Assembly (NCBI GenBank): GCA_018396675.1
Contig: JAGTQX010000004.1
Location: 3,697 to 67,696, forward strand
Length of the DNA: 64,000 bases
Source of the DNA: Candidatus Bathyarchaeota archaeon
GTDB taxonomy: Archaea > Thermoproteota > Bathyarchaeia > Bathyarchaeales > Bathycorpusculaceae
Reading direction: 5' to 3'
Shown: piece by piece, positions 55,582 to 64,000 of the stretch
Numbering within the stretch: the stretch's first letter is position 1
Layout of the letters: the number at the start of each line of letters is the position of its first letter
Program-made: the position numbers and the translations under genes
Notes under the pieces: model-generated
Told to the model about the DNA's origin: nothing
Database searches by the model: none
Seen by the model: only the letters and a program-made list of their open reading frames with translations

Positions 55582-56838
55582 TTGCCAGTTTTGGCTAGGT
55601 TGAAAGGGTTCCAAAAACTTGTTACAGTGGAAGAGGCCGAGAAACTGTTCTTCGCAAACTTGGAGATTAAGCCATTAAAAGCGGAAACTGTTCCTTTACG
55701 CCAAGCCCTTAACCGTGTCTTAGCCAAAGACATTTTGGCCAAAGAAGATTTACCGCGATTTGACAGGTCAGCGGTTGACGGTTTCGCCGTAAAAGCTGAA
55801 GACACCTTTGGAGCCTCACAGTTTAAGCCGAAAACCCTCAAGATAACAACCGCAACTGCCATAAAAGGCGGTGAGGCTAAACAAGTTTGGACTGGAAACC
55901 CGATTCCAAACGGCGCCAACGCGGTCTTAATGATTGAAAACGTGAAACGCGTAAATGACGAAATAGAAGTTTGGACTGCTGTGGTGCCAGGCGAAAACGT
56001 TTCAAAAAGAGGAGAGGACATTGCGCAAGGCGAAGTTGCAGTAAAAGCTGGAACACGCCTAAAGCCGCAGCATCTTGGATTACTAGCCTCGCTGGGCATA
56101 ACAGAAATTAGTGTCTACAAGATGCCAAAGGTTGCAGTTTTGGCTACGGGAAACGAGCTTGTAGAAGCCGGCGGAAAACCGCGCAAAGACCAGATTTTCG
56201 AAGCAAACAGGCTTATCATCGCGTCTTTATGCCAAGAGCTTGGGGCAGAACCTTTAGATTTAGGCATAGCGAAGGACGACCTTAAAGAGATTTCCAGCAA
56301 GATTAGCCAAGGACTTGAAAGTGCAGATGTTGTTGCAACTACTGGAGGAACAAGCGTCGGCGCTTCAGACCTTGTCCCAACTGCCGTAAACGCGATTGGC
56401 AAGCCGGGTGTAATAGTTCACGGAGTGGCAATGCGTCCAGCCATGCCAACAGCTCTTGCAGTTATAAACAACAAGCCGGTAATTATTCTTTCAGGTAATC
56501 CCGTGGCGGCGATGTTCGGTTTTGAGGTTTTCGCTAGGCCTTTAATATTCAAGATGTTAGGTGTCAAACATGAAGCGAGACCAGTTGTAAATGCTAAGCT
56601 AACACGGAGAACGGCTACTGCTCTTGGGAGAAAAACGTTCGTCAGAGTCCGCGTTTTTCAGCGCGGCGGAGAATTTTACGCGGAACCAATAAGCGCTAAA
56701 GGCTCTGGCGTGATTTCCACTATGACCAAGGCTAACGGCTACGTGGTTGCTTCAGAAAACCGTGAAGGACTCGCGGAAGGTGAAATAGTTCAAGTACGCC
56801 TTTTTGATGTTCTGGAGGAAAGTGACCAGTATGTTTAG
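55582..56838 (+). CDS. moeA: Molybdopterin molybdenum/tungsten-transferase MoeA (paralog 1)
   Basis: DLPRFDRSAVDGFAVKAEDT, TGNPIPNGANAV, the MoCF-biosynthesis domain ATGNEL...TTGGTSVGASD, and SGNPVAA. Confidence 0.85.
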   Translation: MPVLARLKGFQKLVTVEEAEKLFFANLEIKPLKAETVPLRQALNRVLAKDILAKEDLPRFDRSAVDGFAVKAEDTFGASQFKPKTLKITTATAIKGGEAKQVWTGNPIPNGANAVLMIENVKRVNDEIEVWTAVVPGENVSKRGEDIAQGEVAVKAGTRLKPQHLGLLASLGITEISVYKMPKVAVLATGNELVEAGGKPRKDQIFEANRLIIASLCQELGAEPLDLGIAKDDLKEISSKISQGLESADVVATTGGTSVGASDLVPTAVNAIGKPGVIVHGVAMRPAMPTALAVINNKPVIILSGNPVAAMFGFEVFARPLIFKMLGVKHEARPVVNAKLTRRTATALGRKTFVRVRVFQRGGEFYAEPISAKGSGVISTMTKANGYVVASENREGLAEGEIVQVRLFDVLEESDQYV

Positions 56839-58069
56839 AAAGTTATCGACGTTTGAGGAAGCGAAAAAAATTATACAAAAGCATTTTGATGCCAAACCTC
56901 TAGGCGTGGAGGAAATACCGCTTATTGAAGCGTATAATCGCATTTTAGCGGAAGATGTGACGGCGACTTTGGATGTCCCACCATTCAACCGTTCAACTGT
57001 CGACGGTTACGCAGTAAAAGCCGAAGACACTTTCGGTGCAGACGAAAACAAGCCGATAATTCTGGAACTTTGCGGGACGGTTAATGTTGGAGAACCGCCG
57101 AAACTTCATGTGAAAAATGGAAAAACAGCCGAAATAGTGACTGGTGCACCAATACCTGAAGGCGCAGACGCCGTCGTCATGACGGAAAACACTGAACGTG
57201 TTGACAACAGAATCTACATCTACAGTGCCGTGGTGAAAGATGAAAACGTAATGAAAGCAGGATCGGACATAAAGAAGGGAGAAACAGTCATTAGGAAAGG
57301 TCAAAGTTTAGGGCCAAGAGAAATAGGTGCCTTAGCAGCGCTTGGACACTCAAAAGTTAAAGTTTACAAAATTCCACAGGTTGCGGTCTTATCCACAGGT
57401 GCAGAAGTAACTGCTCCGGGGAAACCTCTTCCACCAGGAAAAATCTACGACATAAATGCCTACAGCATAAGTGCAGCCATAACTGAAAGCGGCGGAAAAC
57501 CAGTCTTTTTGGGAGTTTTACCCGACGACGCAGCGGAAGTTGAAAAGGCAATAAAAAAGGCGCTTGCGTCTGCAGACATTGTCATAACTTCTGGTGGAGT
57601 TTCGGTCGGCCCAAAGGATGTGATTCCAAAAACTTTGGAGAAGCTTGGAAAACCTGGTTTAATAGTCTGCGGAATAGCAATCAAACCTGGGAAACCAACA
57701 ACGGTAGCTGCTGTTGACGGGAAACTTGTTTTTGCATTGCCTGGACACCCTACATCTGCGCTTTTGATTTTCCATCTGCTTGTGCGCCCAATAATAGAGG
57801 GCAAGGCGGGAAGAAAAACAACAGAGACTGTAAAGGTTAAAGCTTCAGCGTCAACACGGATGTTTCCAGCAAGAGGCAGACGAACCTTTGTCATGGTGAA
57901 ACTTACGGGAGATGAAGCGAAAGGACTAATTGCTGAACCAGTTCCAACAGGGCTTTCAGGCGCGATAACAACACTGTTAAAGGCTGACGGATTTGTGGAA
58001 ATTACTGAAAATCAACAGTTCATCGATACGGGCGAAGAGGTTACAGTGCATCTTTTCAAAAAAGGCTAA
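56831..58069 (+). CDS. moeA: Molybdopterin molybdenum/tungsten-transferase MoeA (paralog 2)
   Basis: DVPPFNRSTVDGYAVKAEDT, TGAPIPEGADAV, STGAEV...TSGGVSVGPKD and PGHPTSA. The ATG at 56831 overlaps paralog 1 by 8 nt. Confidence 0.85.
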   Translation: MFRKLSTFEEAKKIIQKHFDAKPLGVEEIPLIEAYNRILAEDVTATLDVPPFNRSTVDGYAVKAEDTFGADENKPIILELCGTVNVGEPPKLHVKNGKTAEIVTGAPIPEGADAVVMTENTERVDNRIYIYSAVVKDENVMKAGSDIKKGETVIRKGQSLGPREIGALAALGHSKVKVYKIPQVAVLSTGAEVTAPGKPLPPGKIYDINAYSISAAITESGGKPVFLGVLPDDAAEVEKAIKKALASADIVITSGGVSVGPKDVIPKTLEKLGKPGLIVCGIAIKPGKPTTVAAVDGKLVFALPGHPTSALLIFHLLVRPIIEGKAGRKTTETVKVKASASTRMFPARGRRTFVMVKLTGDEAKGLIAEPVPTGLSGAITTLLKADGFVEITENQQFIDTGEEVTVHLFKKG

Positions 58070-58081
58070 AATAGGCATAAT

Positions 58082-58468
58082 TCAAGGTTGAAGTTTCTTT
58101 CTTCTGGCAGCAACATAAACGGTTGAAGCCCACGTCAAGATCAGGTAAACAATAATTGCCAAGTCGACGAGCAGGTCGCGTCCCATAGTGTAATACAGCA
58201 CGGATATTGCAAAAGCGTTTGCCATAAAGAACAGCACGAATAGGCTCCATAAAGCCCAAATCCGTTTTTTGAACAAACCGTAAGCCGTAACCAAGCTTAT
58301 TATGCCAATCAAGCCAATATGAACCAATGCAAGGTCGGTGGCTAAAACAACAAGGCAGATTATGCCTGCAACTACGTAGAATAGGAAAGAGGCAAACATT
58401 TTGGTGTCTTCAATGTTTAACTTGGATTTCCAATCCATTTCAGTCAGCCTTCTTGAGTTATGATGCAT
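58082..58468 (-). CDS. Small integral membrane protein (4 predicted TM helices), unknown function
   Basis: 128 aa, almost entirely hydrophobic helices. No competing ORF. Confidence 0.4.
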   Translation of the reverse strand: MHHNSRRLTEMDWKSKLNIEDTKMFASFLFYVVAGIICLVVLATDLALVHIGLIGIISLVTAYGLFKKRIWALWSLFVLFFMANAFAISVLYYTMGRDLLVDLAIIVYLILTWASTVYVAARRKKLQP

Positions 58469-58548
58469 TAGAATTGAAACGACATTATTAATAAATTATA
58501 TGCTTCTGGCGGATGTTTCTGCAGTATATTTCCGTTTAGAAACACCCC

Positions 58549-58556
58549 TTTTATAG
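58549..58556 (+). promoter_or_regulatory. Candidate TATA box upstream of the surface-protein gene
   Basis: ccccTTTTATAGtg lies 34-41 nt upstream of the ATG at 58590, and GGAGAAGG precedes the start. By eye only. Confidence 0.3.
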
Positions 58557-58589
58557 TGAACCGTTTACTGCTTTGATTGGAGAAGGCAA

Positions 58590-60284
58590 ATGAAAAAGAC
58601 TGCAGTTGCAAGTCTATTCGTAACTCTATTAATAATTACAATCGTTTGTGCTTCATTTTTTACGGCAGAAGCTTGCCATCCTCCACCAGACAAAAAGCCA
58701 CCAAAAATCCGTCAAGTTCTCCAATATCCAACAGACCCGGAATATGAAGACAGCGTTTTTGTTTTGGCGTATATTACTGATTCAAAAAGCGGAGTAGCGA
58801 ATGCAACTGTAAAATGTATGATTAACGGAGAAGAAAGACTGGAAATAGGGATGAATAAGTCTGGTGATTTGTATTATGCAGAGATTCCACCACAACCGTA
58901 TAACTCGACGGTTACATACGTGGTTTATGCTTGCGACAAAGCTGGAAACAAAGCAAACTCCGCCGAATACGCTTATACCGTCAATGATTTTCATCCTCCG
59001 ATAATAACTTACATTAAACAAATCCCAAATCAACCAAACTACAACGAAACGGTGTCGGTAATTGCAAACGCAGAAGAACCGACATTTGCAAGCGGCATCA
59101 AAGAGTTAACGCTAGATTATAATAATGGCACGGAGTGGACACAAGTTAAAATGAGCTACAACGGAACGTTTTACACGACAACTATACCGACTCACCCATA
59201 CGGAACAAACATTCAGTACACAGTACACGCATTTGACAACGCTGGAAACACTGCAACGTTAGACATTTACTCTTACACGGTTACAGACAATTTTCCACCA
59301 GTCATCGCCATCCTAAACCTAAACAACGGAAGCGTGCTTGCCAGAGCAATAGAGGTCACCGTGCAGGTTCAAGATTTTAATCTCTTAAATGCAAAACTTA
59401 TGATGGATGAGACGGTTCTAGCCAAATGGAACATGACGGGAACGTTCACATGCCCGTTGGATACCCGACTTTTTGAAGACGGTTCGCATGTTTTAACTCT
59501 GGAAGCGGTTGATGAAGCAGAAAACTTTGCTAAGCAAATAATAACTGTAACCGTGGATAACACAATGCCGACAGCGCGGATACTTAAGCCGCTGAACAAC
59601 GCCTATCTGAGCGGCATCGTCCTTTTCGAGGTTCAAGCGGAAGATGCAAACTTCCAACGAATAGAGTTCAGGATAGGCGATTTATTCCATGTTTGGAAAG
59701 TGGAGAATTATGTTTACGCTTGGAACACCACAGAGTATAATGACGGCGTGTATGAAGCCGTTTTAACAGCAGTTGACAAAGCTGGAAACAAAGCAGAAGA
59801 CAAAGTAAGGGTTACAGTTGACAACACAGCACCCATAATAGTTAACGTTTCATGGACACCGCTTAAACCAACAACAAATGAGACGGTTAAAGTCTCTGCT
59901 CAAATCGCGGAAAACGGAAGCGGCATAAAAACAGTCACTCTATGGTTTAGGCAGCTTGGCAGCGAATGGCAAAACACACTTATGACTCTGGAGAACGGAA
60001 ACTGGACAGCCGTGATTCCCGAATACATGGAAAACGCCACAATAACATTTTACGTAAAATGCAGCGATTATTCAGGAAACATTGCATACTCAACAGAGAA
60101 TTATTACATTGTCGAGAAAACAGAATCAGAGCCGGGCACTGCTGGTTTCTTTGGCATTCCGTTATACTGGCTACTGTTAATAATAATAGCCATCTTTGCT
60201 GTTTCAGCCTCGACAGCATATGTTCTGTGGAAGAGGAGACGAGGCAGAGGAACCACAACTTATTTAGCCATAACAAGTTTATGA
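58590..60284 (+). CDS. Secreted, C-terminally anchored surface protein made of five beta-sandwich modules (D-x-A-G-N motif)
   Basis: Sec-type signal MKKTAVASLFVTLLIITIVCASFF. Repeats end in ..ACDKAGNKA.., ..AFDNAGNTA.., ..AVDEAENFA.., ..AVDKAGNKA.. and ..CSDYSGNIA.. . The C-terminus is EPGTAGFFGIPLYWLLLIIIAIFAVSASTAYVLWKRRRGRG. Confidence 0.6.
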   Translation: MKKTAVASLFVTLLIITIVCASFFTAEACHPPPDKKPPKIRQVLQYPTDPEYEDSVFVLAYITDSKSGVANATVKCMINGEERLEIGMNKSGDLYYAEIPPQPYNSTVTYVVYACDKAGNKANSAEYAYTVNDFHPPIITYIKQIPNQPNYNETVSVIANAEEPTFASGIKELTLDYNNGTEWTQVKMSYNGTFYTTTIPTHPYGTNIQYTVHAFDNAGNTATLDIYSYTVTDNFPPVIAILNLNNGSVLARAIEVTVQVQDFNLLNAKLMMDETVLAKWNMTGTFTCPLDTRLFEDGSHVLTLEAVDEAENFAKQIITVTVDNTMPTARILKPLNNAYLSGIVLFEVQAEDANFQRIEFRIGDLFHVWKVENYVYAWNTTEYNDGVYEAVLTAVDKAGNKAEDKVRVTVDNTAPIIVNVSWTPLKPTTNETVKVSAQIAENGSGIKTVTLWFRQLGSEWQNTLMTLENGNWTAVIPEYMENATITFYVKCSDYSGNIAYSTENYYIVEKTESEPGTAGFFGIPLYWLLLIIIAIFAVSASTAYVLWKRRRGRGTTTYLAITSL

Positions 60285-60301
60285 GATAATGCCGTATTGA
60301 A

Positions 60302-60814
60302 GTGAAGCTGTTGCCGTTCACGCCATTCCATTTAGGACCAGCTCTTCTTTTTGGTTTAGCATTTCTTTCTGTTTTTGACTTGCCGACGCTTTTACTGGCA
60401 AGCGTTATTTCAGACATTGAACCATTCTGTGTCGTATTTTTCAATGTAACTGGGTATCCGCTTCACGGTTTTTTCCATTCATACCTTGGCGCGTCAATAT
60501 TGGCTTTTCTAATGCTACTAATTATTTACCCGTTTAGACACATGCTAAATCGTATAACGGAAGCGTTTAGCATTCCTCAAAAACAATCACTCAAGAAGAC
60601 TCTGTTTACGTCTTTTGTGGGCGTTTATTCACATGTGCTTTTAGATTCCTTTCTTTACATTGAAATGATGCCTTTTTATCCGTTGCAGGGAAACCCCTTC
60701 ATTCACGTTCTTTCTTCTTTCGGAAGTTACGAGGTAATCTACGGATTTTGCGGCATAGCGTTTATTCTGAGCGTTTTATTGTATGTTTGTAGGTTAATGC
60801 TTGCCAAAAAGTAA
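60302..60814 (+). CDS. Integral membrane protein with His-containing motifs (possible membrane-bound metal-dependent hydrolase family)
   Basis: FTPFHLGPA at the N-terminus, HGFFHS, and VYSHVLLDS. 170 aa. GTG start. The family assignment is tentative. Confidence 0.35.
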   Translation: MKLLPFTPFHLGPALLFGLAFLSVFDLPTLLLASVISDIEPFCVVFFNVTGYPLHGFFHSYLGASILAFLMLLIIYPFRHMLNRITEAFSIPQKQSLKKTLFTSFVGVYSHVLLDSFLYIEMMPFYPLQGNPFIHVLSSFGSYEVIYGFCGIAFILSVLLYVCRLMLAKK

Positions 60815-60885
60815 TGCGAAAGCGAAAGAGTTTAGAACCTAACAGCTAAATAGGCTTATTCGCTAGTATAGAGGGATAATCAGGA

Positions 60886-61785
60886 ATGGGCTACCGTGAA
60901 CTTTTTGTTTCCCAATCAAACTTTTTCAGCGGTTTCCAGAAAACCTTTGAAAAAGCGGATTACGCAATTTTAGGCGTGCCGTTCGATGTCACAAGCACAT
61001 ATAGAACCGGAGCAAGATTCGGCCCAGAGGCTATCCGAAGTGCTTCTTTAAACATTGAAACTTACAGCTTCAGAAGCGGCATCGACATTGAAGACCTACA
61101 ACTGCACGACTTGGGTAACTTGCACGTGTCCACAGAAACAACACAAACATTAGAGACACTTAAGAGAGTAATTGAGGAGCTTTCGGATGAAGAAAAAATG
61201 CCCATCCTAATTGGTGGGGAACACACCATTACGCTTGGCGTGTTGAAGGGGTTAGGTGAAAAAGCCTCGAAAACGGTTGTAGTGAGTTTTGATGCGCACC
61301 TTGACCTACGCGATGAGTTTATGGGACTAAAAATTTCGCACACAACTTTTATGCGCAGAATAAACGAGGAGACTAAACCAGCAAAAATAATCGAGGTTGG
61401 CACACGGGCAGTCTGCAGAGAAGAGTTAGACTATGCAAAAAAAGCTAAAATAGAGTTCATAACTGCCAGGCAAATAAGAGAAGACGGAGCGGAACACACA
61501 GCAAAAATTTTGAGAGAAAAACTTGCAGGCGCGCGAAACATTTACGTCTCCGTGGACATGGATGTTTTAGACCCTGCCTACGTTCCAGCAGTACAAAACC
61601 CGGAGCCAGACGGTTTGGAAACACACGTATTACTTGATATTTTGTGCGGCATATGCGACAAACGTGTTTTGGGCTTTGATGTTGTAGAAGTAGCGCCGAA
61701 CTATGACCAAGGAGTATCCGCCATACAAGCTGCAAGAATAATATTCGAAGCGTTATGCAGCATAGAAAAAGCGAGAAGAGATTAA
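60886..61785 (+). CDS. speB: Agmatinase (arginase/ureohydrolase family)
   Basis: IGGEHTIT, SFDAHLDLR and SVDMDVLDPAYVP Mn-ligand motifs. About 300 aa. Confidence 0.85.
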   Translation: MGYRELFVSQSNFFSGFQKTFEKADYAILGVPFDVTSTYRTGARFGPEAIRSASLNIETYSFRSGIDIEDLQLHDLGNLHVSTETTQTLETLKRVIEELSDEEKMPILIGGEHTITLGVLKGLGEKASKTVVVSFDAHLDLRDEFMGLKISHTTFMRRINEETKPAKIIEVGTRAVCREELDYAKKAKIEFITARQIREDGAEHTAKILREKLAGARNIYVSVDMDVLDPAYVPAVQNPEPDGLETHVLLDILCGICDKRVLGFDVVEVAPNYDQGVSAIQAARIIFEALCSIEKARRD

Positions 61786-61805
61786 GCTTCAATTTTCGCG
61801 ATTTT

Positions 61806-62096
61806 TTACTTTCTAACTCTTTTAACTGCAATCGTAACTTTTTGCCTGTCTGGGCAGCCCGAGGTAAACTCGTCCTTGTTTTCTTCCCATGGGAAAGCTC
61901 CGCCAAACTGCAAAGCAACCAGATACGGAAAAAGAGCATTATAAAAGAAACCGCAAACATTCGGAGCCCTAAAACTATTGTTCGTTCCTTCGGAATAAAG
62001 CGTCAAATCGAATTCTTCGCCGACATGATGTCCAGCCGAGCATTCACCGTCAACCCTTATGATTTTTCCAATCAACTTGCACTCTTTCAACCACAC
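61806..62096 (-). CDS. TIGR04076-like small Cys-containing protein
   Basis: 96 aa. C..GHHVG.EF, VCGFFYNALFPYLVALQFGGAFPWE and the CPD pattern match my memory of the TIGR04076 family. Confidence 0.55.
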   Translation of the reverse strand: MWLKECKLIGKIIRVDGECSAGHHVGEEFDLTLYSEGTNNSFRAPNVCGFFYNALFPYLVALQFGGAFPWEENKDEFTSGCPDRQKVTIAVKRVRK

Positions 62097-62121
62097 TACC
62101 TCTAACAGTCCATACGATGAC

Positions 62122-63468
62122 TTATTCCCTTAACAATTTTGCGATAAAAAAGCCATTACACTCATGAATATGCGGATAAAGCCTTTGGCACTTATCCATT
62201 CCACGCAGTCCCGGAAGCCCTATTTTTGGCGTTATTTCCGCTAATCGAAATTCCGGGTTCCATTTCAAAAAGCGTTCAATCAACATTTCGTTTTCTTCTA
62301 CGGTTAAGCTGCACGTAGAATAGATCAGCGTGCCTCCGGGCTTGACTTTTTCAACGCAGTTTTCAAGCATTCGCCATTGTATTTCAGCCATTTTCTCAAT
62401 TGAACGCTGTGTAATCCTCCATTTGGCTGAAGGAAGCCTTGCAAAAGCGCCTGTGCTTGTGCATGGTGGATCAAGAACCACAACATCGGCCTTTACATTA
62501 ATCGGTAAGGGGTTACAAACATCAGCAATTATCGGTTCAGCTATTTCAATGCCCATCCTAGTAACTTCGTTTTTCCAAACGTTCATTCTACGCTTCGAAT
62601 AATCAAAAGAATACACAACGCCACGGTTCTGCATCAACTGCGCTAAATAGGAAGTCTTTGCACCAGGCGCTGCACAAACATCCAAAAGCACCATTCCCGG
62701 TTTAGGGTTTGCCGCTTCCGCAGCAAAGCAACTCGCCTTGTCCTGGATGTAAAACAAGCCTTCATGGAATCCTCCAACTCGAGTCAAAGGAAGTCTTGTG
62801 CCTAAAACCTTGTAAGCGTACTGCAACCCTTCAACTTTTTCAAGCTTGACACCCTCTTCAGCAAGCTTCTCCAAAATCTCATTTTCACCCGCTTTAATCG
62901 TGTTCAATCTTATGTAGGTTGGAGGTGTTTTCAAGTTTGCTTCCAGAAGGTTTATGGCTTCTCTTCTGCCGAAAAGTTTGAAACAGTACCGCACAAACCA
63001 TGTTGGATGAAAAGTCAGAAGTCCAACTTTCTCCTCGTCGCCAACACTATTCAGAATAGTCGACGGTGTTTCGGTTAAAAGCAAGCCAAGCGCGTGTTCA
63101 ACACCTTGAAGTGTCTTCCACCCTAAGATTGAACGTGCCAACCGCACAATATTTTTTGCTTCTTCAACGTCAATCTTTGACCAATTTTTGGCAACCCTCG
63201 TTTGGTAAACGTAAAGCCTAAGAAACGATTGGACGCCCAACGTGAACTCACTTAAAGCCTTGGGCTTCAAGACCTCGTTTATAAATCTGTCAATAAGGTT
63301 GCGCCGTCTAACAGTTTCACATAAAAGCCCATGGGCGAAGCGTAAAGTGTTAACATCGCTTATGTCAAGCTGCTTGGCGGTTCTAGCCAAGGCTAAATGC
63401 TCGTTAATCTTATCTTTCTCCATCCAACTTAAAGCCTCAATGGCAAGCATCCAAGCCTCTTTAAGCAA
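62122..63468 (-). CDS. RsmB/NOP2/Sun-family RNA cytosine-C5 methyltransferase
   Basis: SAM motif VLDVCAAPGAKTSY, DPPCTSTG (motif IV, catalytic Cys), YSTCSL (motif VI, Cys), an N-terminal NusB-like domain and a PUA-like central part. Confidence 0.85.
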   Translation of the reverse strand: MLKEAWMLAIEALSWMEKDKINEHLALARTAKQLDISDVNTLRFAHGLLCETVRRRNLIDRFINEVLKPKALSEFTLGVQSFLRLYVYQTRVAKNWSKIDVEEAKNIVRLARSILGWKTLQGVEHALGLLLTETPSTILNSVGDEEKVGLLTFHPTWFVRYCFKLFGRREAINLLEANLKTPPTYIRLNTIKAGENEILEKLAEEGVKLEKVEGLQYAYKVLGTRLPLTRVGGFHEGLFYIQDKASCFAAEAANPKPGMVLLDVCAAPGAKTSYLAQLMQNRGVVYSFDYSKRRMNVWKNEVTRMGIEIAEPIIADVCNPLPINVKADVVVLDPPCTSTGAFARLPSAKWRITQRSIEKMAEIQWRMLENCVEKVKPGGTLIYSTCSLTVEENEMLIERFLKWNPEFRLAEITPKIGLPGLRGMDKCQRLYPHIHECNGFFIAKLLRE

Positions 63469-63550
63469 CAGTTATTCCCGCCAATTTTTACGAAGTTTAG
63501 TAAGATTTTAGTCTACCTTATTCATATTAAAAGTTAGGTTAAGAATAAAC

Positions 63551-64000
63551 ATGGCGCAGAGGCGACTAGACGAATTTTCAACACCTAAAGCTAGGACTAA
63601 ACCTCAAGAAGAGATTAAAAAAGAAGCAGAGACCTTGCCTCTTACAGAGGCTATGAAGAAAGAAAAAAACCGCGGCTTTCCACCGTTAGCCCTTGAAAAC
63701 CTTTCACCTTCATACTTTGTTTCTGCCAATTATGACGGCAAAGCCGGCAAAGTGCTAATCAAACTTTACGAGCCGGTTTCAGGGCGAATCTACTTCTGGT
63801 ACGACAACACTGGGCATAAACCATATTGTTACACAAACCTTTCACAGTATGAACTTGAAAAAATAGACAGGTTAATTAAGCATCCCGGTTTTGACCACTT
63901 TGAAATCGAGGAAAAGGTTGACCCGTTGCTGGATAAACCAGTTAAGGTGACAAAAATAGTTGCGAAAGACCCATTAGCCATTGGTGGACGTCCTCAAGGC
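63551..64000 (+). CDS. polB: Family B DNA polymerase, N-terminal 150 codons (continues beyond the window)
   Basis: My translation is MAQRRLDEF...YFVSANYDGKAGKVLIKLYEPVSGRIYFWYDNTGHKPYCYTNLSQYELEKIDRLIKHPGFDHFEIEEKVDPLLDKPVKVTKIVAKDPLAIGG. This is the typical archaeal PolB N-terminal domain pattern. It is not in the ORF track because the ORF is open at the window end. Confidence 0.75.
   Translation, partial: MAQRRLDEFSTPKARTKPQEEIKKEAETLPLTEAMKKEKNRGFPPLALENLSPSYFVSANYDGKAGKVLIKLYEPVSGRIYFWYDNTGHKPYCYTNLSQYELEKIDRLIKHPGFDHFEIEEKVDPLLDKPVKVTKIVAKDPLAIGGRPQG

Overview
Densely coding archaeal chromosomal window with about 65 genes on both strands. GC looks mid-40s percent by eye; I did not compute it.

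Archaeal hallmarks:
- Zn-ribbon MBF1, NAC, prefoldin beta and a 28-codon eL41 micro-gene
- archaeal-type ThrRS with an N-terminal editing domain, and ProRS
- ApgM
- class III (type IV pilin) signal peptides
- the 5' end of a family B DNA polymerase

The metabolic content is two tungsten-type aldehyde:ferredoxin oxidoreductases, tandem MoeA, a GH57/GT4 alpha-glucan cluster, tdh-kbl, gap-pgk-apgM and an ECF transporter. This fits an anaerobic heterotrophic TACK-type archaeon, possibly Bathyarchaeia-like, but the lineage cannot be proven from the sequence alone. Most of the window is housekeeping.

Accessory or unusual parts:
1. An AT-richer restriction-modification cassette lies at about 39.4-41.6 kb between gcvH and pfdB. 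Its R and M genes are convergent with overlapping 3' ends, the methyltransferase has an extra N-terminal domain, and an 11-bp inverted repeat flanks it.
2. A Tad/Epd-like type IV pilus locus lies at 46.7-52.3 kb: ATPase, a membrane platform split into two genes, a small pilin and a 613-aa pilin-like protein. A Zn-ribbon-rich putative regulator abuts it.
3. Two large, internally repetitive, sequon-rich surface proteins are present (7600-9411 and 58590-60284).
4. The alpha-glucan cluster carries a degenerate half-glycosyltransferase, a mini-wHTH and a NucS/DUF91-like protein with an apparently inactivated motif and a K/P/E-rich tail.

I recognised no rRNA, tRNA, CRISPR array, transposase or integrase. 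All homology calls come from reading the translations by eye. No database search was run.
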